Assembly (NCBI GenBank): GCA_973895155.1
Contig: OZ316897.1
Location: forward strand, 13,267,375-13,331,374
Direction of reading: 5' to 3'
Length of the DNA: 64,000 nt
DNA from: Marsupella aquatica
Lineage: Eukaryota; Plantae; Marchantiophyta
Shown: piece after piece, positions 1-12,429 of the stretch
Layout of the letters: the number at the start of each line of letters is the position of its first letter
Position numbering within the stretch: the first letter of the stretch is position 1
Position numbers and translations under genes: made by a program
The notes under the pieces: model-generated
What the model saw: the letters and a program-made list of their open reading frames with translations, nothing else
Databases searched by the model: none
Told to the model about the DNA's origin: nothing

Positions 1-3000
1 CCCTGAATTGGCAAATGGCAATGCCACATCTACAAACACTTCAATCACACGCACTCGCAAGAAAGGGCTTTCAAAATCTGCACAATGAAACTTATCTTCT
101 CCTGGCAGCCCTGTCACCTCACCTTCTGCCACTATCATGGAATTGTCCACAACGCTCTTCATCTTCACCAAATCTCCTCTTGCAAACTATGAACAACACA
201 TTTTGTTAAAAATGCAATAAACAGAAATTGAAAGATAGAAGAACACTCAAATCAAACACACATTTACCTTTGCAACGGGGTTAGGAGACTGCATTGGTTT
301 CTTCTGTGCAGGTGATGCATTTGCTGAGGATCCTTTCTTCCTTTTCTTCTTTCCCTTTCTAGTTGATGGAGTGTCATCCTGTTCACTTGGAATGGGAGTT
401 TCTTTTGGCAACTCAGATGATTCTGGGGTTACATCTGGTGTCAACTGAGTCGACTTATCCTCTGGCAACTGAAAGGCATCTGAAATGGCTTCTTTGGGCA
501 ACTTAGATGGCAAAAGGTTCACTTCCAATTCAGTTTGCTTTAGAGTACTGTTAGCTGTGTCAGTTGGTCTTCCCTGCGACACAGGAGGCTCCCCTAAAGA
601 TGCTGTCATAAAACACACACAAAAGAAATGCATAAACAAACATGTATACACCAGCAACATATAATCACACTAAAAACATGCAAGAACATTATAAACATGC
701 AATGACATATACACATCACAATAATTACATTGAATGGACAGTGTATACATGATAGAGAATTTTACCTTCATTATCGCCTGAAAAAGTAAGAGATCGCTTT
801 CTACTACCTTGTTTGGTAGTTGTAGTCAACTTACTGTGACTAGGCACAACTGTTGGAACTTGTGCATTACTGGGGTGATGTGCCATCCACGTAGTCATCA
901 TGTTTGTCAACTCCCTCACAGTGCCTTTCAACTCAGCGACATCCAATTTCACAGCCCCAATGGCAGTGATCTCTTCTTTTGAATGTGGGGTCTGTAAATG
1001 AACCACAAACCAACACAACAGTCTCACTGTCAAACTTACAAACGACACAACACTGGCTCTGTCAAATGGAGAATGATGTACAAATCAAATTGGTATGACA
1101 ATACTCACAGCTGATCCATGTCTGTTTCCTTGCCCCAGTAAGCTAGCACTTTTACCCTCCCCACTTGCCAATGATGGGCTCACCTTTGCTCCCACAAAAC
1201 TACCAGTCTGACCTTCTGCACTTGCCAATGATGGGCTCATTGTCACCTTTGGCAATGAACCCTGACTACCATGGTTTTCTTTCAGGTCAGATATACCTGG
1301 GCTTGATCCTCTCTTCTACTTCTGTTCAAACACACAATGAATGAGAAATCACAGAGTTTGTTTTCATCAAGATTCACAAACAAGACAGAATTGATAGTGA
1401 AAATGATAGACAATTTACCATTCTCTTTGCTGCTGCAGCATGCCCTCCCCTTCCAAAGTGAGAGGTATCTTGCACTCGTGCTCTTTTATCAGTCATCTGT
1501 TTACTCAAAGATATCAATGCTGGACTGGTAAAATGAGATACCAAAGCTGCCCATTTCTTTGGATCAACACCAGATGGCCCAAGTTTGGTTGGATCCTCAT
1601 TGCAAACTTTCTTCCAATAAACATGCATTTTATGGCGCTCTCTCTTCAATATGCCACGACAATGACTCTGGAATTTGGTGTTAATAAATTCCCCACCCAC
1701 ATACTCCCACTCAGCTGCCATGTTATTCCACACTGTGGTTGTATGAACTTGTGGATGATCAGTCCATTTTGGCTTTGATACATCAAAGACTCTGAGTACG
1801 TTGCCACGAAGTTCCTCCAGCCAGTATTGTTTGTTGCCATCAGAATCATCAATATCATTGTCATAAATCTGCATTTCACAGACAATGTCAGATCATAACT
1901 CTGGAATTTATGCAGAGTCCAGGTTTTATACACACAACAACAGAGAGGATCAGATTTGTCTAAATCTACAAACAAGTACAATACTCACTTTAATGTGTTT
2001 GGGCACCTCTCCGCAATCCCTTCGTTGTTTGGCAGTATTATCAAACTGCTTCTTAGCATGCCTTCGTTCCCTGCGCATCTCAGAGGCCCCTCCTGCAATG
2101 CACACACATGCATTCAATCAAAAAATATGTACATGATTGAAAAGTTGAGCAAATGTACTTGCATATGCATGACGAGCAGATTGTGTATTACCTGAAGATC
2201 CTCTGGAATGTAGTACATCAGATTGACCTGATCTGCCTTCAGATGCTGATGGAACCACTAAACAAACACACAACACCAAAGCACTTCAATTAATTTCATT
2301 TCCAAGTAGAATATCAACTTCCAAACACACCTGAAAAGTAGAACAGTACAATCCACTCACTTTCATATAAGAGTCCAGTGTCTGGGTCTTTCCAACATCT
2401 CACTAGCCCACCTCCACCAGGCCCAGTCTTCTTAGGACCACGATTTTGTTTCTGTACCTACATCATGGACAATGTAAGCATATCAACATATAATTTGAAA
2501 AAGGGACAAGGATCCCTTCCTATTAGGATGATGAAGTTCAAGCATTACCTGTTGTGCACTCTCTGGTTCTGACCCTCCAATGTCAGAATCCTCAGTGTCA
2601 TACTCAGAAGGAGAACCATAGCCATCATCACCAAACTCTGCCATGTTCACCTTGGTAACTTCTGATAGTCTAGAGCTCCTCCTCTTTGGCAATGTTCCAG
2701 TTGAAGTACCTTTCACCAAAGCAGGCTTTCCTCTCTCTCGTTGTACATGTGTGGTTGGGCCTCTAAGGAACAAAGCAATCATCAACATACACCAATGCAG
2801 ATCAAACATACATGCAAAATGAATCTACAACACTGTAACACTAGTACTTATGTACAGGATCCATACTAGTATGAGACCAATCTGGAATATGAAAACAGAA
2901 CATGAACCTGACAACTCCATCTACTGAATCAAATTTGCAATAGACATATCAACACACACATCAGCTTGCAGTCTGGCCCCAGTCCTAGATCACGCATAAT

Positions 3001-3093
3001 TCTGACATTATGCTCTATGTTCCGATTTCGGGCCTCCTCATAAGGATTCACAGAATGTGACAACCCTTGCAATCTTCCTTTCACAGGCTGCAT
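1..3093 (-). CDS. TnpA-like (Ptta/En/Spm) multi-exon protein, 3'-truncated by the window edge
   Basis: Candidate ATG at 3093 gives MQPVKG..YEEARNRNIEHNVRIMRDLGL. The exon at ~1419-1870 has WAALVSHFTS..LSKQMTDKRARV..HFGRGG (Transposase_24-like). The exon at 1-186 has VAEGEV..FH..LRVRVIEVFVDVALP. GT-AG-bounded low-complexity exons lie between. Exon boundaries are partly uncertain. Confidence 0.7.
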
Positions 3094-3191
3094 TCACCAA
3101 CTGCACAAATGGGTAAACCATTAGTCTGATTTCATAAATAGTCCATACATGTAGTCCATCTATGGACTTCACACACCTAGCTAAAACCTAT

Positions 3192-6100
3192 TCACTGCTT
3201 AGGCCTGCCCTTTCTTGCAGATCCCTCTGCATCTCTGCCTCGTTTGGGACCAGTACTTGGTCCTGGATTTTCTCTGGACCTACAGGCCTTAGCCAATTCG
3301 ATGTGTAATTTGGCATTGTTTTCCATTGTAGCATGGAAATCAACGTCTGTGTAATCACCTAACACCCTTGTGGACCTGGATTCTTTGTGGAGGATTGTTC
3401 TCCATGCTATCCCCTTCTCATTGGGGTGGAAGAAAACCTGCTCCACTTGCTTTGGGAAAACGTAATCCATTTTCTTGGACACACCCAGTTCTCTATGGAA
3501 ATTCACCTGCCAAAGACCAGACTTGGTATACCTCATACTGGCAGAGGATTTAGGAGTCCATGATGGATCTGCCCATTTCCCTTTGAAAAGAATCACCTCT
3601 TTCCTCAAGCTGCCATAATTCAGTACCAAGATATCTGTCAAGGCCCCTACATACTGTACAGATTCTTCTATGGTTGCACCAGACCTGTCCACTCGCTTCT
3701 CAGTGAATGTAGAAGCCATCCCAGAATCAAAAGTGCTGAAAGCACCAGAATCACAATCACTCAAACACCCCAAGGATGGAATAGTCCTCCAATGGTGCCC
3801 ATAGGCTCTACATGCCCTATACAGTCGTGCCTTCAAACTAGGTGGTGTGGAGTATGCATATAGTAATGACCGCTCAGACTCTTTCTCAAAATTATGGGTA
3901 TTGACTAATGTTTGAAACCATTCCCTGAAAGGTGGCAATTCTTGGCAGTCTACGGGAAATTCCACTGGTTTTCTTCGATTGGCAGGCTTCCTCATCCACT
4001 CCTTCCGGAAATCCACTCTTCGTTTGGTAACAGTCTCATTGGTAGCATCATATATCCTGCATGGCAACAACAACACTGAAGACATTAGTGCACGATCCAC
4101 CATGAATATACAAACACAATGGGGAAACATAATTATGATCCATATGCCTAAGGATAGGAGAGTTTCTAGGGTTTATGTACCTATACCATGGAGCCACTGT
4201 CTCTTCATTCTCTAATATATAATGATGCATGGCCATCATTTCAGACCAATCCAAAGTTATCGCCTTTGCAGCCCCTTCCAAAACAATGCCTGCAACGCCA
4301 GCATCCTCCTCCAACTCCCAGGTTCGTTTTCCCTCTCCCTTTGCATCAATCATGTATTCAGAAAGAAATCCCAAAGACTCATCTAATACATAGCCTTCAG
4401 CCATAGAAGCCTCTGGACGTGCCTTGTTTCGTACATAACCCTTCAATACCTTCAGGTTCCTCTCTATTGGGTACATCCATCTGCCTGTAACTGGGCCACA
4501 CAAGTCTAATTCCTCCACTAGGTGAATCATTAAATGGGTCATGACATCAAAGAAGCTTGGTGGAAAATGGATTTCCAAAATGCAGAGAGTGAATGCAACA
4601 TCCATCATCAAATTCTCATACATTGAAGGGTCCCACACCTTCGTACAGATCTGGCGATAGATATTGCTCACCCCAGCTATGGCCAAGCGAACCCCTTCAT
4701 CAAGTAATCCCATTGTTGCCAGAGGGAGAATCTGTTGCATGAGTTGGTGGAAATCATGTGATTTCAACCCAGAGAGTTTCTTGGATTTTGTAACACACTT
4801 TGCCAAAGAACTTGAAAAACCAGTGGGCCCTTTCAAGGTCAATAAAACCTCCAAGAACCTTGTTCTTTCCTTCTTGCTCAGGCAATATGGGGCTGGGGGC
4901 ATCAACAATTTGTCATCCTTACGCTTGGGAGCTGGATTGGGTACAAGCCATAGGTGTTGGCGCACCTGTAAGAGCTTCATGTCTTCTCTCACAGAAGGAG
5001 TGTCCTTGGTCCCAATGATAGTGTGCACAATGTTGTGTGCAAGATTCTTCTCACAGTGCATGGGATCTAGACAATGGTTAATGAGTAGTTTCTGCAATGG
5101 ACACACAATTCAGAAATTAGGGCATTGAATACAACTTTTGGCATCACTGGGCAGTAGTTTGTGCAGTGGACACAATTCAGAAATTAGTGCATTGAATACA
5201 ACAATTACAAAATCTGGGCTACAGGAAGTATATGAAGAGAATATATTTCAAAGTCATATGAAGAGATTGCAGAAATTCATTGTAGTAGTATGGAGTCTTA
5301 CATTCCAATAGGGCAACTTGTACAGACCAGTAGCCCTCTTCACTCCATGCACCTTTATGGGGCATTTCTCATCCTCAACCTTGGTTCCTCCCTTCTTCAA
5401 ATATTCTGTTGTCTCGTCTCCCCACTTCTTTCTATCAGAGCTTGTCATTCTACACGGTGCAGGTCGACTCTCAATTGCACCATCAAAGTATTGTGCACTA
5501 TCTGGTCTACGAAAAAGATGCCTTGCTGCTAACCATCGACGGTGGCCACTGTACTCTAATTTCTGCAAGTGCTTAGAACCACGTGCCACACATTCTGGCC
5601 CACAGATGACACATCCTTTGTATCCAGAGTGTTGTTGTCCAGATATTAAACCATATGCAGGGTAATCATTGATTGTCCACAATAGCACAGCCCTAAGGTT
5701 GAAGTGTTGAGACAATCCTGGGCGTGGCAATTTGTCAAAGCAGGGCACTCCTTTCTTCCACAACAGCTCCAACTCCTCATAGAATGGGCCCAATATTATG
5801 TCTAGCTGTTCCTCTGTTACTGAATCAGGTCCTGGAATCAGCATAGCTAGCATGACAAAGAACTTCTTGGTGGTAAGCCAAGGAGGTAAATTGTAATTCA
5901 ACAACAGTATTGGCCAGGTAGACCAAGCTGTGGAATTATTCCCAAAGGGATTCACCCCATCAAGTGCCAACCCAAATCGCACATTCCTTGGTTCAGCTGC
6001 AAATTCCCGATCAATATTTGTATCCACATGCTTCCAAGCCTTTGAATCTGCTGCGTGCCGAACCATGTTGTCTGTGCTTCTATTCTCATGATGCCAAGTC

Positions 6101-7185
6101 ATGAGTTTAGATGTACCAGCAGTGGCATACAATCTCTTCAACCTGGGAATTATAGGGAAATACCGCACTACCTTCCTTGCCTGTAATGAATTCCCCACTC
6201 TCTTCATCTTGGGCTGCTGACACACTGAACAGTTTTCTAACTTGGCATTCTCACCCCTAAAGAGCATACAACCTTTCTCACAGACAGGGATTCTCTCATA
6301 ATCCAAGCCAAGCTTTCTCAATAACTGCTTTGCAGCATATAAGTTCTTGGGCAGATTATGCTCTGTAGGCATACCATGCTCCCCCATCAAAGACAACAAT
6401 GCATTCACTCCTTTGTTTGAGAATCCATGGCCATGACAGATGTTCAGCAGAAGCAACATGAATGACACAACATCTATTTTGCTGCCTGGGAACAAAGGTT
6501 GCATTGCTGCATCTAAAGATAACTGTGCAGGATCAGTCTCCACAAGAGTTTTGGAGGTTTCAAGGGGGTTTACAGGATGGGCACCTCCTTCACTCTCATC
6601 ATCCCCAAGTACAAAATCCAAGTCAAAACGGTCCTGATCATCTAGCTCATGCTCAGGGGATTCTTCATTGGTTCTCAGCAACGTTTCTTCCAGTAGAGCC
6701 CTGATATGTTCTTCGACATCTATAGTTGGATGTTCTTGAACATCCACAGTTGGATACTCTGGAACATCCACAGTTGGATACTCTGGAACATCTACAAATA
6801 AATGTTCTTCAACATCTACAGTTGGCTGTTGTGCACAGGTTGCCTGCTGAAGGTTTGCTACCCTCAATGCCTCAGGGCCATGTTGTGACATGTAGTCAGC
6901 ACCCCACTCTTCATCAGAAGAGTCCTGTCCCTCTCCCACCCACACTCGACATGCAGGGTACCGACCATGTTTAATAAGGTGCAGTCTAGCAGTATTCCGA
7001 TTAGTCCTATAATTCCCTTTGCAGTTCACACAAGGGCAGTACATCTTATGGTCCCCACTCTTGTGGCAGGCCTTCTGTTCTCGAACCCACAAAGCATCAT
7101 CACGATGTTGTACTCTAGCTGGATGGAAGAGCGGCAACTTTGGAGTTCTACCCACACCTAACATATTCTGTGGCAATTGTGCCAT
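3192..7185 (-). CDS. TnpD/TNP2 CACTA transposase, 3 exons, ~1219 aa, no lesions seen
   Basis: Exons 7185-5302, 5091-4181 and 4056-3192 splice in frame via GT-AG (3660 nt). Motifs: CPCVNC, YFPIIPRLKRLY, RNVRFGLALDGVNPF, YNLPPW, WTINDYPA (Transposase_21); LDPMHCEKN, GLKSHDFH, FPPSFFDVMTHL, RWMYPIER (DUF4218); YVGALTDIL..FKGKW..VEQVFF (DUF4216). Confidence 0.95.
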
Positions 7186-7785
7186 GCTAGCTTGATTGAA
7201 ATTGTATTCAAACTATGATTTTCAAACTGAATCAGAGTGACATGCATACAAAATTGGGCCTACCGTCACAGTTGTACAACCGATGCCAACCACAGTCCAA
7301 TTGCTCAAACCCACAGAGCCCAGTTTCTCAAATCCACTGTAGTAGGGCACCTTCTCCTTCTTGCATACAAATAGAGCATCACATACAGTGTCATCAGAAT
7401 GATACTATGAACGTAAATCTCTGTGCCTTCATCATTTCCAGTATTTGTTTGCCTATTAGGAATGTGAGCAGACAGGTCTGGAATAAGTAACGTTTGTGAC
7501 ACCAGTGACAAATTTACAAGTGAAGTTTAGACATCAATATGGAGGAAAGTCACACTCAAAGCACATGCTTGAAAATCGGAATCCTACCCTGGAAAAGATA
7601 ATAAAGTTGATTTCTCAAAATTAATTGCCTCAATCCGCAATGCACTGTCGTAGAGTGTGTATACATGAGGAGTTCATCAAACTGCATATAAATAGTCCAC
7701 ATGTTTTAGCACTCTGAAAATTGTTTAAGTCCACGTGAAACCATCAAAAAGCTCTATCTCAAGTTTGTGTTCCATCCAGCCTCAA

Positions 7786-8445
7786 TCAAATCCAAGATAT
7801 GTGGCTCCTAGTAGGAGTGCCTAGTGTAGGGTCAATGTCATGGTCAGGACAGTAAAACATCCCCTTCTTGGGCTGCCCATGCGCTGAGTGATCCCAAATT
7901 GTTCGATCATGGGCAAATCCCCTCTGTTGGATAAACAGCAGGCAGTCCTTGTGCCATGCCTTAGGACACCTCATGCACTGAACCAAAAAGCCATTAGCCC
8001 CATCATTGGGCCCCTGTCCACAAGTAAGACAAATATGGAGTCCACATGATGCTGTGCCAGGAACCAAACACTGCCGACAGTAAAACCGGGCACAGAGAGA
8101 GTCTGGACATTTTCTTACCTCTTCACCAATTTTTCCAGACACATGGCACTTAAAGCAAGAATGTTCCTCATTCTTGCAATCAACACAAAGCCATTCTCCA
8201 ACATGGCCATCAGCGAGGGATATAGTTGGGCATAGCCATTGTTGACCCAAAGGACAGGAAACATTCTTATGGAAATGTCGGTGGCAAGGCCCATCACAAA
8301 CAATGAGATCCCCTCCCTCATCACAAATCGCACATACATGTGGACTATTCTGGTTAATCTCAATGTCTGAATATAAGGACAATTGAGGTGCTTGAGAGGA
8401 TTCACCTCTGCAACGATTCATGGCCTTCTGCTTATTGCGAGCCAT
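7786..8445 (-). CDS. Stand-alone composite PHD-finger protein (EDM2-like) carried inside the CACTA element
   Basis: Intact 219-aa ORF from ATG 8445: CAICDEGGDLIVCDGPCHRHFH...CVDC..HSCFKC..KCPDSLCARFY..CGLHICLTC..VQCMRCPKAWHKDCL..IW..FYCPDHDIDPTLGTPTRSHI. The spacing and C-terminal tail match the EDM2 PHD module as I recall it. Confidence 0.8.
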   Translation of the reverse strand: MARNKQKAMNRCRGESSQAPQLSLYSDIEINQNSPHVCAICDEGGDLIVCDGPCHRHFHKNVSCPLGQQWLCPTISLADGHVGEWLCVDCKNEEHSCFKCHVSGKIGEEVRKCPDSLCARFYCRQCLVPGTASCGLHICLTCGQGPNDGANGFLVQCMRCPKAWHKDCLLFIQQRGFAHDRTIWDHSAHGQPKKGMFYCPDHDIDPTLGTPTRSHISWI

Positions 8446-11184
8446 GGTCCTGCACACTCAGACCCTACATCAGATTGTGAAACAAGAAGGAATATATAAC
8501 AGGGTGCAGCATGACACAAAAGAATGAGGGTGCAGCATAAAATATGACATGTAACCACAAGGGTGCAGCATAAACCAATGCTTTATAGATGGCAAAGCAT
8601 TTAGGACTGAGCAGCGCAAATAACCTTGGCCTATGATTGGAAGCAATCACAAATATTGCAACCTGTATGCCTTCGCTTGCTGTACAGCAGTGCTCACTCA
8701 CCCTGCCTTTTTAAAATCTGTAAGGGAAACACAGAACAAATAGCAATTGAGTTTCAGCAAAGCATTCATTTGGCTCTCAAGTTTTAAAATGGACAAAGCA
8801 AACACAACAATGTGCACAACAAAGCACAGAGAGCAACAAAACTCCAGCAAACTGGGACTCAGGCAAGAGATACGAATTTTAGCAGCGAAATCAAATCAAG
8901 ATTCGGACCTGTGAGTTCAACATGCAGTGCTCACTCACCCTGCCCTTTTTTAAATCTGTAAAAATCAAGTTTTATTGTGTGCCTTCTACATCTTAAGCTA
9001 CTGCACACATCTGTTACAGAACCATAAGTTGCTTTACTCTCAACAAGCTGCTGGTCCACCCACTTTTTCAAAAGCTGCACCGTACTCTATCTTCGTGCAC
9101 AAATGACTATACCGGGCTGCTGTCAGAGACCCTTACGAAGAATTTAAAATTGACCAAGCTGAGTTTAGTTTAGTTTCGTCCAGTTTGCAGACCAAAGGAA
9201 ATCATGTGGCTGTATTCATGGAGTTGTATTCATTGCTGTGTATGGATGTTGTGTGAACATCAGACAATTAGCTGTAAATTACCATAGTTGAAGAGCAAGG
9301 CTTGTACAAAAGCCACTAAGGAATTCTCTGAGGTGGCACAGCAGTTGGCAAACCACACACAAAACTTTGAAACTTTTTGGCGACAAAATTCTACAGAGTC
9401 GCTGCTGGAATCAAGTGAGGATTCACCATACATGCCTGCACTTCTCTTCAGTAAAAAAAAGAGAAAAGAAAAGGCTATGATACAGAGGGATGTCAAAAGA
9501 AGAGTAAGGAAACCAAATTTTCATTGAGGAACATAGACAGACTAAGGAAAACATCATACAATGGAAAACTAAGGACTACATTGTAATAATAAGAGATCAA
9601 GCTCACCTTGCACCACAAAGATTGTCACGACTCACCTCGCAGTTCCTCGCAGCTTAGGTCCAGGATGACATTTCAATATGGAGGAAAGGAGTTTACTCAT
9701 TTAAAACAGAGAAGGAGTGGCATCTACAGGGACTTTGGCAGCACACTGAAAAGGTTGGCGATACATCAGGTTATCTTTCTAGGTTGACACTGCCAATAGA
9801 ATTTTGAACACAACAAACACAACAAACACTGCCAGATATAGAATTTTGAACACAAGGGTATGGCATCCTGATTTGCCTAACTCAATCAACTTAATAGCAT
9901 ATTTTTATGTTCAATTAGGCAGCACTAAATAGAACAGCCTTTCACGCAGTCAGAATAATTGGCAATAATTGCCAGACGACAACAAGACAACAAACTGAAC
10001 TGAACATAGCAGACAAATCCAACAAGTAGCAATCAGAAATCAACAGCAGACAGACAGAGGACAACTCGGTCAGAACTCGGGCACTTGATTTAGTTGTGGT
10101 AAATAGCCGTTCAAGTTCTGGACAAGCAAGAGCAATACGTGAGCAGACTCCAGAAAAATCATCTCTTGAGATTGAGGAGAAAGGCATTCCCCAGCCAGCT
10201 TACCTATGTCTTGAAAAATGTATCGGACATCGTGGATGCTGCCTCAGCTGCTGGCCGCAAGGGAAGATTTTGCCAAAACAAACAATAAAGCTCGAAGATA
10301 GTTAAATTTCTTAGGTCATTCTAAATGGGGACTGAATTAGCAATTAGAACCAGTAAACCCTGATCTTGGGCAAGCAGAGAGAGAAGACTCTGCGCCTAAT
10401 ACTTATGTCTACCCGAATTTTACTGGGACATATGAGCATTGGGATGGCATTGCAAAGCAGAATTTTGTAGCAGTGGAAGGAATCAACATAGATAGCAGTG
10501 GAAGGCCGCAGTGGAGCTAGCATGGGACAGGGAAGGAAATGCAGGCACTTGTGATGCAAAGGCTATAGAGGGCGAGAAGGTGGACAACCAAACTCAACAA
10601 ACTCAAAGAACATGTAGCAAATGGCAATAGAATTGAAGATCAGAGAACCTGAGTGGGAAAAAAATTGATATAGATTGTAATGGGCAATAAAGAAGCTCAA
10701 CCGGGAGACTAGCAGTAGTGGAGACAGTTCCGTCTTAAATGGAAAAGGAGAGATATATACAATAAAGAGAGACGTCCTTTAAAGTAGAAATTGTCTGAAA
10801 AGTAAGTGCAGATAAGTGCATGCAACAGGAGCGGTCACATACAAATTGAGCAATCCTCTCAAGGCTACAGAGGGCGAGAAGGTGGACAACCAAACTCAGC
10901 AAACTCAAAGAACAAGTAGTAAATGGCAATAGAATAGAAGATCAGAGAACATGTAGCGAATGGAGAGGGATAGATAGAGAAAAAACATAAGCAGAGAGCT
11001 CTGACACACAGCAACACAGGTCCCAACACAACACATTGCAGGTCCCAGGCTGGGGTGGAGCCGGAAGTGGAGAGCACAGAGCAACCAGGCAAATCACAGC
11101 ATGGGCGCCAATGGGAATAAGGTCAATACCTTTGAGGCGGAAGCTAGCAGGCCTCAACTTGCAGGTAGCAGCTTGTGCTCTGCT

Positions 11185-11770
11185 GCCTTCCGCAAGTAGC
11201 TTGCACTCTCAGCTTCCGCAATGAGTCGCCCTCTCCCCTTTCGCAAGCAGCTGCTCGACCTCTCCCCTTCCGCAAGCAGCTTGCCTTCTCCCCGTCCGCA
11301 ATCAGGTCACCTCTCCCCTTCCGCAAGCAGCTCGCACCCACTTAAAGAAACAAATGTTGAGACCAAACAAACAACCGGCTCCCTTCCGCAAACTCCACAA
11401 CCTCTTCAAGAAGCTATCGTCGACCTTCCGCAGCAAGAATCATTTCCTCCCTGCTTTCACTGCCTCCACGAGCTTCCATAGCAATCGCCTTCCATGATGA
11501 TCGGGGCCCCAGTGCGCAAATGCCTTCCGCATCCACCTTGCGCAGCTTGTTGCCGATCGTAGCTCCTCACCCACAGCTCGTGACCCGCAGCTTGTCGCTC
11601 GACTGTTTCTGATTGTGTCCGGCTCTTCCTTCTGCAGCTCTTCCCTTCCGCACCTCCAACCTCACGCAACTCCTCCCCTCCCGCAACTCCAACCTGTGCT
11701 CCTGGGGCAACTCCAACCTGTGCGCGGAAGAGTGTTGCAGCTCCTCCCCTCCCGCAACTCCACCCTGTGC
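11185..11770. repeat. Degenerate GC-rich repeats built on CCTTCCGCA(AGCAGCT) and GCAACTCC motifs
   Basis: About ten or more (C/T)TCCGCA occurrences between 11186 and 11755, plus repeated GCAACTCCAACCTGTG and CTCCTCCCCTCCCGCAACTCC. Confidence 0.7.
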
Positions 11771-12081
11771 TAGTCTAGCAAATGTGCTCGGAAGAGTGTC
11801 GAAGCTTGGTGGAGGCAATGCACAACGCTGCGCAACCCTAAGCCCTTGCAATGTGCACACAAGGCATGCCAAGAAAAGAGCACATCGAGCATTGCCCTCT
11901 CCGTCGATGTTTTTTCAGGAAAAAGGGCTCCTGTTGGTACGCGAGAACACTTGAGGAGGAAAAACCTAAAGCTGGATGCCTAAACCCCGTAAAAGTAAGG
12001 TATTTCTCCAGATGGGGATGGTGGATATTGTACGTGGGTCATGAATTAGGTTCTATTCTGACAATCTCTCATATGTCTGGA

Positions 12082-12272
12082 CCCCCCATAAGGCCCTAGG
12101 GAAGTTGAGACTAGATTAATAACAATGTAAACCACCCCCCCCCTCGCCCCCATAAGGCCCTAGGGAAATACCGACTATATAGGGTAATAACAAGGTCCGG
12201 ACGCCCCCATAAGGTCCTAAGTAGGGAAGGCAAGGTTAATAACTTATAATGTCGCAACCCCCCCATAAGGTC
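12082..12272. repeat. Four spaced copies of CCCCCATAAGG(C/T)C(CTA), period ~55-65 bp
   Basis: Copies near 12083, 12147, 12204 and 12260. Confidence 0.75.
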
Positions 12273-12429
12273 ATGGCTGTTTGTGTAGGTGCCAACAAGA
12301 ATGTTAAGGACCAATGTTATATATAAAAAATCATGCCCGCGATATAAAAGGTCCTTTTGGACCAAGGGAAGACTACATATGAGGCTATGTTGTCTAAGAG
12401 TTTTTGAGAGCATTACACCAAAGCATTAA

